Origin: Planctomycetota bacterium
GTDB lineage: Bacteria; Planctomycetota; B15-G4; JADJEK01
Assembly: GCA_044225365.1 (NCBI GenBank)
Contig: JBGAIQ010000005.1
Location: 64,001 to 128,000, forward strand
Direction of reading: 5' to 3'
Length of the DNA stretch: 64,000 nt
Shown here: positions 29,410 to 38,940 of the stretch, piece by piece
Position numbering within the stretch: the stretch's first letter is position 1
Layout of the letters: each line of letters starts with the position of its first letter
Position numbers and translations under genes: made by a program
The notes under the pieces: model-generated
Database searches by the model: none
Told to the model about the DNA's origin: nothing
The model's input: the letters and a program-made list of their open reading frames with translations, nothing else

Positions 29410-31806
29410 TCAGTACTTCTCGAGCGTGAACTCCGTGCCCAAGGCGTCCTTCAGTTTCTGCACGCCGGCGAGAGTCACCTTCGGGCACTCGCGGATCGAA
29501 AGACACTTCAAGTCGGGCAGGGAAGCGAGCGCGGAGAGTCCGTCATCCGTGACCGCGAGTCCGATCAACGACACGTACTCGAGCGACCGGATCCGCGAGA
29601 GCGAGGAAATCGCATCGTCCGCGAGCGGGGTGTAGCCGATCGTCACGTCCTTCAAGTCTTTCAGTTTCACCAGGGCCTCGATCCCAGTCGCGCTGATGCT
29701 GGAGGAGTGGCTGAACGTCAAGCTCTCCAGCTTCGGAAGCGAAGACAGTTGCTCGAGTCCTCGATCCGTGATCTTGGAACTCCCCCAGATATTGATCTCT
29801 TTCAGGTTGGAGAGGCCTTTCAGGGATGCGAGCTGTTCATCGGTCAGGGCTTTGGACCAGAAGAGGCTGAGGAGCTCGAGTCGTCCGAGATCACCGATCG
29901 CCGCCACTCCGGCATCCGACAGGCGAGTCGCCGAATGGAGCCGCAGCTTCGTCAGCTTCGCGAGGGGTCGCAGATGCGCGAAACCGGATCCGGTGATCAT
30001 TTCGCCGGACAGCGTGAGCTCTTCGAGAGTTCGGAATCCGCCGAGTCGGCGGAGGCCTTCGTCGGTGATGCCTTCGCAGTCGCCGAGGTCGAGGAATTCT
30101 ACGTTGTCGAGAGCTTCGAGTGCTGCGAGGTCGGCGTCGTAGAACGTCGCGCTGCCGACCTTGACCCTGCGCGTCGCGGCCGGCAAGGCGCGCGCGTCGC
30201 CCGCCCCATGGACGGTGACGGTCTCGGTCGATGACGCAGCGGTGCTCGCGGCCCCTCGAAATCGCGGTGCACCGGACCGCAACAGGGTGAACGTGGTTGG
30301 AGACTCGGGTAGGGCCCGAGTTGGCGACCCGGTTAGGGCCCGCTCTCCGCCTTGCCCGCCGCGATACCGGACCTCGCCGAGCGTGTCGGCGCCCACGAAT
30401 CCTTGGACCAAGACGTCGTACTCGTTCGTTGAAGAAGAACCGAGGGGATCGAGGTTGCTCGCGACTTCCACGAAGACCGACGCCGTCTTGATCGGATCCG
30501 GCTCGCGATCGATGAAATTCGCCGTCACGCGGAAGCCGCGCGGGTTCTCGAGCCGCCATCGATCACGCAGCGTGTCGTAGCGTATCGAGATCGACTTCAG
30601 GATCTTCGCGCTGACGGCGGCCTCCCGGACCTGCTTCGTTTGCAAGGCCCGCTCGATCGCCGTGTCCTTGCCGAACAACGAATCCTTCATCACCTCCTCG
30701 TAAGGTCGCGAGACTTCTGCGTCGAATGCCGCCGCGGCAGACGAAGCGATCCATCGCGTGCGCTCGGTCTTCGACTCGCGCCGCAGCGTCGCGATCTCGA
30801 CGACGAGATCCATCTTGATCCCCGATGCGAGGGTGTAGGCATCGTGGGCCACGACGTACCGGTGGAGGTTCTCACGCCGCGAATCGAGTGGCTTCAACCC
30901 GATCCGCTCGAGCACGGGCTCCAGTTCGGCAAAGTCTCGGTCCAACGCGTCGCGCTGGGTGACTCGCGTCGCACGTTGCAGAAGCCGCTGATAGGAAGAT
31001 TCGCCACTTGCGAGGATCGTTCCGAGGTCCGTCGCGAGCGTCTCGATTGCCGTTGCCGGAACGAACTCTCGGCGCCGCCAGCTCGACGCGTCGATCCGCT
31101 TGCCGTCGCTTCGAGAGGATTCCTCGGCGCGACACCCCAGGATGACTCCGCGCGCACGATCCTCCGCCGACTTCACGAAGGTCATTCGCAGTCCGATCGA
31201 CGGCGGCGGTTCGCCGATGACGCGCGTGGCGATGTTCGCTCGAAAGAGATCGATGTCGTCGAGCACCGGGTTCGAGGTTCTGGTCTCGGCAACCGCCCAA
31301 CTCGCAAGGGCTTCGCGAATCATCGACCCCTCTCGAAACGATTCGTCCAACGTGCCCTGCTTCATCGCGGCGAGAGAACCCGAATGAAGTCCGACGACGG
31401 GCGTGCCGATCGTGAACCTCGGGGGCACGGCGTTCGTCGGTGCGTTGCGGCGTTCGTGCACGGGAAGCACGAGATAGAGATCCGTGCCGAAGCTCTCGCT
31501 CACCAGGTGCGCGTTCTCGATCAGGAGATAGCGGTAGTTCGTCGCGCCCGACGCTTCGGGATCGAGCGTGGACTTCTGCCCCGCTGCCTGCAATTCGTCG
31601 CGAACCGACTCCCATTCGCGACCTTCGAACGCTGCGCGGCACACGTCCTGGGCTCTCGTGAGCCGGGACTCGGGATCCCCGATCTCTTCAGCCGCGATTG
31701 CGCGAACCTTCGAGAGGACGACTGCAACTTCGTCCGCGGCGGCGCCCTTCTCGACGCCTGCGAACGTGACGACTGCGACCAGAACCCCGAATGTTCGCAT
31801 GATCAC
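29410..31806 (-). CDS. Secreted leucine-rich-repeat protein
   Basis: Signal peptide; C-terminal LRRs ('ITDEGLRRL', 'ITDRGLEQL', 'VTDDGLSAL', 'VTLAGVQKLKDAL'). Confidence 0.85.
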   Translation of the reverse strand: MIMRTFGVLVAVVTFAGVEKGAAADEVAVVLSKVRAIAAEEIGDPESRLTRAQDVCRAAFEGREWESVRDELQAAGQKSTLDPEASGATNYRYLLIENAHLVSESFGTDLYLVLPVHERRNAPTNAVPPRFTIGTPVVGLHSGSLAAMKQGTLDESFREGSMIREALASWAVAETRTSNPVLDDIDLFRANIATRVIGEPPPSIGLRMTFVKSAEDRARGVILGCRAEESSRSDGKRIDASSWRRREFVPATAIETLATDLGTILASGESSYQRLLQRATRVTQRDALDRDFAELEPVLERIGLKPLDSRRENLHRYVVAHDAYTLASGIKMDLVVEIATLRRESKTERTRWIASSAAAAFDAEVSRPYEEVMKDSLFGKDTAIERALQTKQVREAAVSAKILKSISIRYDTLRDRWRLENPRGFRVTANFIDREPDPIKTASVFVEVASNLDPLGSSSTNEYDVLVQGFVGADTLGEVRYRGGQGGERALTGSPTRALPESPTTFTLLRSGAPRFRGAASTAASSTETVTVHGAGDARALPAATRRVKVGSATFYDADLAALEALDNVEFLDLGDCEGITDEGLRRLGGFRTLEELTLSGEMITGSGFAHLRPLAKLTKLRLHSATRLSDAGVAAIGDLGRLELLSLFWSKALTDEQLASLKGLSNLKEINIWGSSKITDRGLEQLSSLPKLESLTFSHSSSISATGIEALVKLKDLKDVTIGYTPLADDAISSLSRIRSLEYVSLIGLAVTDDGLSALASLPDLKCLSIRECPKVTLAGVQKLKDALGTEFTLEKY

Positions 31807-31904
31807 TCCTCTCGACGCTCCAACTGCAGCGATCCGGTCACGATCAGGAGATCGTCAGGCGCGCGTAGCACCGACGCGCTGACGCGGGAAGCGCGCAGCC
31901 CCGG

Positions 31905-32337
31905 CAGTGTACTGGACGAACCCCACGAGCGTCCCGCCGGGGATCAGCAATGGAGCGCTCGAGAGGGACACGAGCAGCCGCGCTTGCGCGAAGGGGTTCG
32001 CGGAAGTCCAAGACAGGCTGCCGGTCGAGCCCGGCGCAAGCGTGCCCGCGCCCGCGAGACCGGAGCCGAGATAGGAGGTTCTGCAGCGGCGCCATGATCG
32101 GGTGGTTCGAGACCTGGAATCCGTACACGTTCGAATTCGTCGAGATCAACGTGCCGGAGAACAGCGTCGAACGCTCGAACGTGTGCGGGACGACGACGTA
32201 CGGATTGCTCGGACTCGCCGCGAGCCCGACGCTGGTCGGAACGTGGAACAAGAGGACGCTCGTGGGGTCCACTTCCGTCGCGTTGCCGTTCGCATCCAGG
32301 TTCAGTCCGATGAGGCGACCCGAGAGGTACCTCACGA
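31905..32337 (-). pseudogene. Decayed duplicate of the 27872-28783 gene
   Basis: 32076-32326 closely matches 28398-28647; frameshifted remnants 'LGSGLAG/GTLAPGSTGSL', 'VSLSSAP..GGTLV', 'QY'; signal-peptide region deleted. Confidence 0.85.
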
Positions 32338-32451
32338 ATGCAGGAATGGATCGGACGATCCGTCGAGGGAGCCCGGCGCGATACGCCGGCTCGAATCCGA
32401 CGGATTCCGGTGCCGTTCACCGTCGCGATGGAGGGATCGACGCCGACTCCC

Positions 32452-32997
32452 TCACTTCGACAGCCGGACTCCGCTCGCGACGATCGTCAGCTCTTTCTGA
32501 TCCCCGACGATCTTCATCGCGTCCTCGTGTCGCCCGGCGTCTTCGAGATAATGACGCGCCTCGCCCTCCGGAACGGTCTTCACGGCGAACGTTCCCTCGA
32601 GCACGACCGAGCGGCCTTCGCAATCGGTGGGCACGAAGAACCCGTAATCCTTGAACGTGACTCGGATGGGCGTGGCGGCGTTGCGGACCACCATCCAGCA
32701 GCCCTTCTTCTTGCAGACGGATTCGACCTTCATGTCGCGGACGATCAAGTTCTTCCCGTCGTAGCCTCCGGGATCCGAGGCGAGCGCGTCGAGCGACACA
32801 CCTTGGGGGCCGATTGCGAGCGGTGCGCCGTACGAATTCCAGCCCTCGGATGATTCGGACCCGGCGCTGTTCGCGCTCGCGGCCGCCCCGTTGCTGTGGG
32901 GGTTCTGGGGACTCGGGGAACTCGGAGCGACCCCACAGGACGATCCCACGGCGAGGCACAAGGCGGACAGGGACGCGGCGAAACCAATCGTTCTCAT
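32452..32997 (-). CDS. DUF4920 domain lipoprotein
   Basis: Lipoprotein-like N-terminus; 'VCKKKGCWM', 'VTFKDYGFFVP', 'EARHYLEDAG'. Confidence 0.85.
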   Translation of the reverse strand: MRTIGFAASLSALCLAVGSSCGVAPSSPSPQNPHSNGAAASANSAGSESSEGWNSYGAPLAIGPQGVSLDALASDPGGYDGKNLIVRDMKVESVCKKKGCWMVVRNAATPIRVTFKDYGFFVPTDCEGRSVVLEGTFAVKTVPEGEARHYLEDAGRHEDAMKIVGDQKELTIVASGVRLSK

Positions 32998-33209
32998 TCA
33001 GTCAGCTCCGTGACTCTGGGTTCGGGTTCGAGTTCTTCACTCTACCCAACGGCGGGCCAGCGAAAGGGCCCCTCCGCCGGTCCTCTGCACCCGGCGGTCA
33101 CGGACCGCGTCCGCCGCCGCCGACTTCCCGCGCCCGAGGCGACGCTACCATTGCATCCTCCCGCCCCACCCCCACGACGGTGAACGCGGGAACTCGAAGG
33201 AGAACGGCG

Positions 33210-33938
33210 ATGGGTTACGAACAACTGAAGAAGACGCTGAAGGCGATCGCGATCTCCATTCCGGCGACGCGGGCTTTCCAGATCACGACGGAGTTCGTCC
33301 TCGGCGAAGGCCAGGACACTCCGAGCGTCGGGCGACTCGAGGACCACTTCCGCAACGGACCCGCGATGAAGGCATGCATCGAGCGGATGAAGGCCGAGCC
33401 CAAGACGAGGAAATGCATCGAAGACCGCTACATGGGGCCCGAGCTGGATCTCGATGCCCTCGTGAAGTACCCCCGTGGCTCGCTCGGCTACACCTACGCG
33501 AAGGTGATGAAGCACCTTGGATATGCAGCGCACTTCTACGGCGACCGGCCGAGCATCGACGAGGAGACCGACTACGTGACGATGCGCGTGCGCAAGACGC
33601 ACGATTTCCATCACATCGTCACGGGCTTCTCGATGCTCGGTCCCGGCGAGCTCGGCGTCATCGCGATCACCGCTCTCCAATTCGGCTATCCCGCGTTCAT
33701 GTCGATCGACCTCGGCGCAATCGCGCTCAGCATGCTGCGGGTCGAGGGCTTCGGCGAACAAGTCCAATCCGTCCGCGCCGGCTGGGACATGGCCGAGCGA
33801 ATCGAGCCGTTGATGGGAGTCCGGTGGGAGGAAGCGCTCGACAAGCCGCTCGACGTCTGGCGCAAAGAGCTGCGGATCGAGCCGGTCCGCAAGGGCCAGA
33901 ACTCGTGGTACGAAGTGCTCTCCGACCTCGAGCTCTGA
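33210..33938 (+). CDS. Coq4 family protein
   Basis: RBS AAGGAG before ATG 33210; 'PRGSLGYTYA', 'RKTHDFHHIVTGF...GELGV' (HDxxH...E), 'RWEE'. Confidence 0.85.
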   Translation: MGYEQLKKTLKAIAISIPATRAFQITTEFVLGEGQDTPSVGRLEDHFRNGPAMKACIERMKAEPKTRKCIEDRYMGPELDLDALVKYPRGSLGYTYAKVMKHLGYAAHFYGDRPSIDEETDYVTMRVRKTHDFHHIVTGFSMLGPGELGVIAITALQFGYPAFMSIDLGAIALSMLRVEGFGEQVQSVRAGWDMAERIEPLMGVRWEEALDKPLDVWRKELRIEPVRKGQNSWYEVLSDLEL

Positions 33939-33974
33939 CCATCGCTATCGACCTCGATTCGAATTCGAGCGCTC

Positions 33975-35282
33975 TCAGAGCTTCTTCTTCGATTTGATCG
34001 TGCCTCCGAATACTCCGGCCGGGCCCGAGAGATGGAGGGTGCCCTTCACGCTCTTCGGCTGCGGTCCGAGCATTCCGCTCTCGCCGGCGCATTGCAGCTC
34101 GATCGAGCCCATCACGGCATTCGAGAACCACTCGGGCCGATGGAACGCGTGGATGCCGTATTTCTTCGCGGACGCCGGTGTCGCACTCTCTTCGCCATGG
34201 AATGCGAAGGACTTCAGTCCCAGGATGTCCGAGAGCTCGTTCGCATTCGCGCTGAACCCCGGAAGCGTGAGGAGCACGGTCTGCGCGCCGGGAGAGATCG
34301 AGACGACGGCGTGCTTCTCCACGACTTGAGTCGGTCCGCCTCCGGTCGGATTCAGGGTTCCCGCGATCGTCGCCTCGAATCGTGTCGGAGCGATGGCGAG
34401 GCCGCTCGCCGCATCGAGGATCGTCGTGTTCCCAATCGTGCGGACGATCGCCCCGGCCGCGTCGATTTCGAGGATCTCGTCCGCGCCGCCGGTGTAGTTC
34501 GAGACCAGCAGGTCACCGTTCGCGCAGAGCGCGACTCCGTACGGATCGAACGGGCTCTTTGGCGCGATGTCGTCGATGAGGTGCCCGCTCGTCGTGATCT
34601 CGTGGACCACATGCGCGCCAGGATCGGCGATGAACAGATTGCCGTTGCGGCCGAAGACGATGTTCGCCGCCGTCGTCGCCACGCTCGTCTTCTTGGAGAC
34701 GAGTGATCCGGACGGGTCGAACACGAAGAGATCATTGTTGTCGACGACGTACAGATTCCCGTCGGCGCCGAACGCGATGCCCTTCACGAGCGACATCCCT
34801 GCCCCCACGCCGATGTCCTGCACCTTGTGCCCCTGCGTGTCCATCTCGACGATCCGCGCGCCCATGAATGACGCGACGAACAGGTGGCCGTTCGGGCCGA
34901 AAACGAATTGCTGCGGTCCGTTGAGGCTCGAGGTCGCACCGATCTCGGTGACCTTCGTGCCGTGCGGTCCCATCGGCTCGAACACGGCGAGCGTGTTCGC
35001 CTGGTAGTTCTGCACGTACATCGCTCCGTCCGGCCCGAAGACGGGCGTCATCGCGCCCTGCAGATTCGCGCCGTCGCCGATCGTCCGCACGAATTGCCCC
35101 GTCTCGTCGAATTCGGTGACGAGGTTCGAACTCCCGGAGCCGACGAAGAGATGATTCGGCGCGAATCCTCCCGCGAACGCCGCGCTCGAGCTCAGAGCTG
35201 CGAGAAGCGACGGCAACAGGGATGCGAAACGCCGGCGCCGCGCGGTCGGATTTGCGATCGAGGGGGATCGATTCGTGTTCAT
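33975..35282 (-). CDS. Secreted NHL-repeat beta-propeller protein
   Basis: Signal peptide; 'FGPDG.MYV', 'FGPNGHLFV', 'FGADGNLYV' repeats; paralog of 19205-20473. Confidence 0.85.
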   Translation of the reverse strand: MNTNRSPSIANPTARRRRFASLLPSLLAALSSSAAFAGGFAPNHLFVGSGSSNLVTEFDETGQFVRTIGDGANLQGAMTPVFGPDGAMYVQNYQANTLAVFEPMGPHGTKVTEIGATSSLNGPQQFVFGPNGHLFVASFMGARIVEMDTQGHKVQDIGVGAGMSLVKGIAFGADGNLYVVDNNDLFVFDPSGSLVSKKTSVATTAANIVFGRNGNLFIADPGAHVVHEITTSGHLIDDIAPKSPFDPYGVALCANGDLLVSNYTGGADEILEIDAAGAIVRTIGNTTILDAASGLAIAPTRFEATIAGTLNPTGGGPTQVVEKHAVVSISPGAQTVLLTLPGFSANANELSDILGLKSFAFHGEESATPASAKKYGIHAFHRPEWFSNAVMGSIELQCAGESGMLGPQPKSVKGTLHLSGPAGVFGGTIKSKKKL

Positions 35283-35481
35283 GGCGGAGTCTCCGTGACT
35301 TCGAGAAGTGGTTTTCAACGTTCCCCTCCCCATCCGGACGGCGGACGAAGCGTCACCGACTCTGCTCGATTTTGCGGCGTACCCGTCGCAACCCTTGACC
35401 AGGCCGTTACGCACACGATGTCGGCCAGCCGTCAGGATTCCACGGTCGCCAAGTCGAGGTCGGGTGAGAGGATGGCGTCCG

Positions 35482-36063
35482 ATGAACCGGGACCGGATGC
35501 GATGGACCATTGCCGGCGCGATCGTCGCGGGCATCGCCGCGAACGCGATCTTCATCGCGGCCGGGCGACTCGAGCCTCCCGCCTACGGCGAACACGCGCG
35601 AGTCATGGCGGCGTTCCTCGGATCCTTGGCCCTCTCGATCGTCGCGGGCTGCGTCTTCGTCGTGTCAGCGCTGCGAAGCGGATATCGCCGTCCTTCACGG
35701 CTCATCGATTCAGCCGCGCCCGCGGTCTACGCGCTGCTCGCGCTCTGGGTCGGCAGTTGCGCGGGAATCGTCACGGGACAGATCGCCGGAGACGTCGTAT
35801 TCGAGCGCCGGTTCCGCCAGGCGTTGCAGGAGTTCGACCGGGCTTGGACCGCGATCGATGCGGAACGGGCTCGATCCGGAGAGTGGCCGAGCGAAGCCTC
35901 GATCCGCGAGCGAGTCGATCGAGGGGTCCGCGCGCTCGGCTACTCGTCACGAATCGTGCGACGCATGACCGATGTCGAAGTCGAGTTGCTGTGGGATGGG
36001 CTCGTCGGCTTCGGGGGGCGCTGGTCGTCGCGCGATCGATCGTGGAGGGTCGAATCGCCCTGA
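35482..36063 (+). CDS. Hypothetical membrane protein
   Basis: Three hydrophobic segments; ATG 35482. Confidence 0.5.
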   Translation: MNRDRMRWTIAGAIVAGIAANAIFIAAGRLEPPAYGEHARVMAAFLGSLALSIVAGCVFVVSALRSGYRRPSRLIDSAAPAVYALLALWVGSCAGIVTGQIAGDVVFERRFRQALQEFDRAWTAIDAERARSGEWPSEASIRERVDRGVRALGYSSRIVRRMTDVEVELLWDGLVGFGGRWSSRDRSWRVESP

Positions 36064-36230
36064 GGAATTGCGCTTCCTTCGGCTCGCAAGCCCGGCCGAA
36101 TCGTCGACTCTTGTTCAAATAGATGGACCGGCGAACCTGACGCGCCCGACTCCGTTGGATGCGGCGCCGCCGAGAGCGAAGAAGCCGGCGGAGGCGATCC
36201 GACGCCAACCCCCACGTCGAAGGAATCTGC

Positions 36231-36815
36231 ATGGTGCGCACTCTCGATCCTATGGCGCTCTTGGCCGTTATCGCGCTTCTCGTGCTTGGCGGGTGCGGAA
36301 TGCGCTCGGAGATCGATCTGCCGCTGGACGCGAACGCGGGAGCGAGCGAACGAGAACCGGCCGCAGCTCTCGCACAACCGGACAATTCGCAGCCGATCGC
36401 GGTGGAGATCCTGCGTTGGGCGGAGAGGGAGGGATGGGTGACGAAGCAGAGATCGCTCGCGCCGCAGGCTTTCGTTGCGAGTTGGTATCAGGGTGACGGC
36501 CTCGGCGTGAATCTCTACCTCGATCTCGCCGCGGACGGGAACTTCTGCTGCGACTGGGAGGGATGCCTGGGTCTCTACGGCACGATGACCGGCACGTGGC
36601 GCCTGACACCGAACGGACTCGATCTCCGATGCAACGAGGCCACTGGGTTGTTCGAAACGAGACCATCCCTGATGCTGGGTCGTTTGCAACTGGTCGCCTC
36701 CGGCGAAGCGATTGGGCTCGTCAAACCGAGCGATCTGGAGTTGCTCGCGGGGTTCGGGTCGATCGGAGGTTTGGCGCCTGCGTTTCGCAAGACGGAACCC
36801 CATCGACGCGGATGA
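36231..36815 (+). CDS. Hypothetical lipoprotein
   Basis: Lipobox 'VLGGC'; 'WYQGDGLGVN...WEGCLGLYG'. Confidence 0.55.
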   Translation: MVRTLDPMALLAVIALLVLGGCGMRSEIDLPLDANAGASEREPAAALAQPDNSQPIAVEILRWAEREGWVTKQRSLAPQAFVASWYQGDGLGVNLYLDLAADGNFCCDWEGCLGLYGTMTGTWRLTPNGLDLRCNEATGLFETRPSLMLGRLQLVASGEAIGLVKPSDLELLAGFGSIGGLAPAFRKTEPHRRG

Positions 36816-36849
36816 GCGGGCCCGGAGCGCCATCGATCGAGATCGAGCC

Positions 36850-38784
36850 ATGAATCGACTCCTCCTCTGGATCGCGGGAGCATCATTCGCGAGCATTGCG
36901 GTTGCGGGAACTCCAGTGTGGATCGTCGATGGCGCTACGGGCAATCCCGTTCCCGGCGCGTCGATCCGAGTCGTCCCGTTGAATTGGAATCTACGAACGC
37001 CCCTCTCGCTCGATTCTTGTGATCCTCCTTGGGGTTTGGAGTCCCCGTCCGCTTGGGCCATTCGCGTTGGCAGCCCCTTGCCGATCGACGAGCACGGCGA
37101 GATCGAGCTGCCCCACCGGGAATGGAAGTCGTCGTACGACGCGCTCGTCGCCGTCGCGGGAGACCGCGCCGCGGTGATCCTCTGCCTCGATTCCATTCCA
37201 CTCGAACCGTTGCGTTTCGAACTCTTCGATCGTCGATCGCTCGCGATTCAAGTCGTCGACGCATCGGGCAAGCCCGCTGCGGGAGTTCCCATTCGCATGA
37301 GTCTGCGCGACTTCGACCGCGACGGCGGCCGCGCCATCGGCACGACCGACGCCGAAGGCCGCTGCGAATTGAAGGATCTCGATTGGTGGCTGGCCGTGCG
37401 GGCCCCCACGGCGGGAGCGAACGAGAGAGGGCTCGCGGTGATCGCGGCTGTGCTCCACGTCACGGACGAACCCGCGCATCCCTATGCCGTATCGTTGACC
37501 CGGCAAACGCTGCGCGGCGCAGCGCCAAGCGTGCGTCTCGCACTGCGCGAGTCGGCGAGCGTGCGCGTGACGCTGCGCGGGTTCCAGCTCGCGGAGCGGG
37601 TCGACGTCGTTGCGACGGCCTTCACCGCGACGGGAGCACGACGCGAACAGTGGATCCCCATGCGAACCGACGGCACGGGAACTCTACGATTCGTCGAGAA
37701 TCCCATCCGCCTCCAACTCGCTTGGTCCAAATCCCGCGGCGCGAGCCGTTCGCGGCACCGCACCCCGTTTCGGGAGAACGACGCGATCGAAGTCTCTGTC
37801 CGTGCGGGCGAGACTCTCGAAGTCCTCCGAACTCGGAGCACGGCTCTCAGCGGCCCGATTTCTTCGCTTCCGGTCGTCGTGGTCGACGGGGAGACGGGCG
37901 AGATCGTCCACGATGCAGAGATTCTGCGGGTGAGCCTGCGAATGAACTCACCCGACGAGAGCCTTTGGGACCTTCGCTCTCCTTGGCACGCTCAGGACGC
38001 GGAGGAATGGGCGCGTCGAGAAGGGCAGATCGTCACGCGCCACGTCGACGGCTCGATCGACCTCCCGGAAGTTCCGCGCGAGTCTCTTACGCAATTGCTC
38101 GTCGCTCGGAGTGGAGAGAAGCTCGGCTACCAACTCCGCCGCGGAATTCCGCCGCCATCGGGGCTTCGATTCACGCTTCACCCTCCACGGGATCTTCGGA
38201 TTCACGTCACGGACTCGACTGGACTCGCATTGCGTTCGATCGGGGTCGACTGGCGATCGGTCTATGCAGACAGTTTGAAGGGTGGGCGAGTCGGAATCAC
38301 CGACGACGATGGTGACGTGATCCTCCCCGATCTCGATTGGTGGCTGACGATCGCCGACCCGTCGGAATCGAGAAATCACCGTCTCGAATTCGGTCCAAGC
38401 GACACCGACGCTCCGTTCGGAGGACGCGACCCAATCAGAGCCTCTCTGCTCCGTGAATCTTTGGCGGGCACTGCGCCCGTCCTTTCGATTCAGTTGCCGC
38501 CATGCGGAACCCTGGAGGTTCGAGCGCACGGCTTCGAGGCGACACGAGAGAGAATCTCCATCATCGTCGAGTCGATCGATTCGAACGGAGCTTTCATCGG
38601 CCGTACGTCCGCGGACCTCGATGCCTCCGGAACGGCGAGTTTCCGAATTCAACTCGGCATGCGGGTACGGGTCCGATGGTCGGGGCCGCACTTCGACCTT
38701 CGCACGTTCCGGGAAGATCGAGACTTCGAGGGGCCGACCCGCGTCGGCGAGGTCATGGGGATCGACGTGACTCGCGACGGGTGA
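36850..38784 (+). CDS. Secreted protein with two-fold internal repeat of carboxypeptidase-regulatory-like domains
   Basis: Signal peptide; repeated 'VDGATG/VDGETG' and 'GTTDAEG...DLDWWL / GITDDDG...DLDWWL'. Confidence 0.65.
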   Translation: MNRLLLWIAGASFASIAVAGTPVWIVDGATGNPVPGASIRVVPLNWNLRTPLSLDSCDPPWGLESPSAWAIRVGSPLPIDEHGEIELPHREWKSSYDALVAVAGDRAAVILCLDSIPLEPLRFELFDRRSLAIQVVDASGKPAAGVPIRMSLRDFDRDGGRAIGTTDAEGRCELKDLDWWLAVRAPTAGANERGLAVIAAVLHVTDEPAHPYAVSLTRQTLRGAAPSVRLALRESASVRVTLRGFQLAERVDVVATAFTATGARREQWIPMRTDGTGTLRFVENPIRLQLAWSKSRGASRSRHRTPFRENDAIEVSVRAGETLEVLRTRSTALSGPISSLPVVVVDGETGEIVHDAEILRVSLRMNSPDESLWDLRSPWHAQDAEEWARREGQIVTRHVDGSIDLPEVPRESLTQLLVARSGEKLGYQLRRGIPPPSGLRFTLHPPRDLRIHVTDSTGLALRSIGVDWRSVYADSLKGGRVGITDDDGDVILPDLDWWLTIADPSESRNHRLEFGPSDTDAPFGGRDPIRASLLRESLAGTAPVLSIQLPPCGTLEVRAHGFEATRERISIIVESIDSNGAFIGRTSADLDASGTASFRIQLGMRVRVRWSGPHFDLRTFREDRDFEGPTRVGEVMGIDVTRDG

Positions 38785-38940
38785 CGCCGACGCGCTCGCA
38801 TTTCTCGACGATCTCGAGAATCGGCGAGACGTGCGATTCCTCCTCCGGATCTTGCGTGCGATTCGCGACGGGCACCCGTCGCAGCGCAACAGATCCACGA
38901 AACGGGCCACGCGCCCAAACTCGAAGAGTGAGAAGGAATC

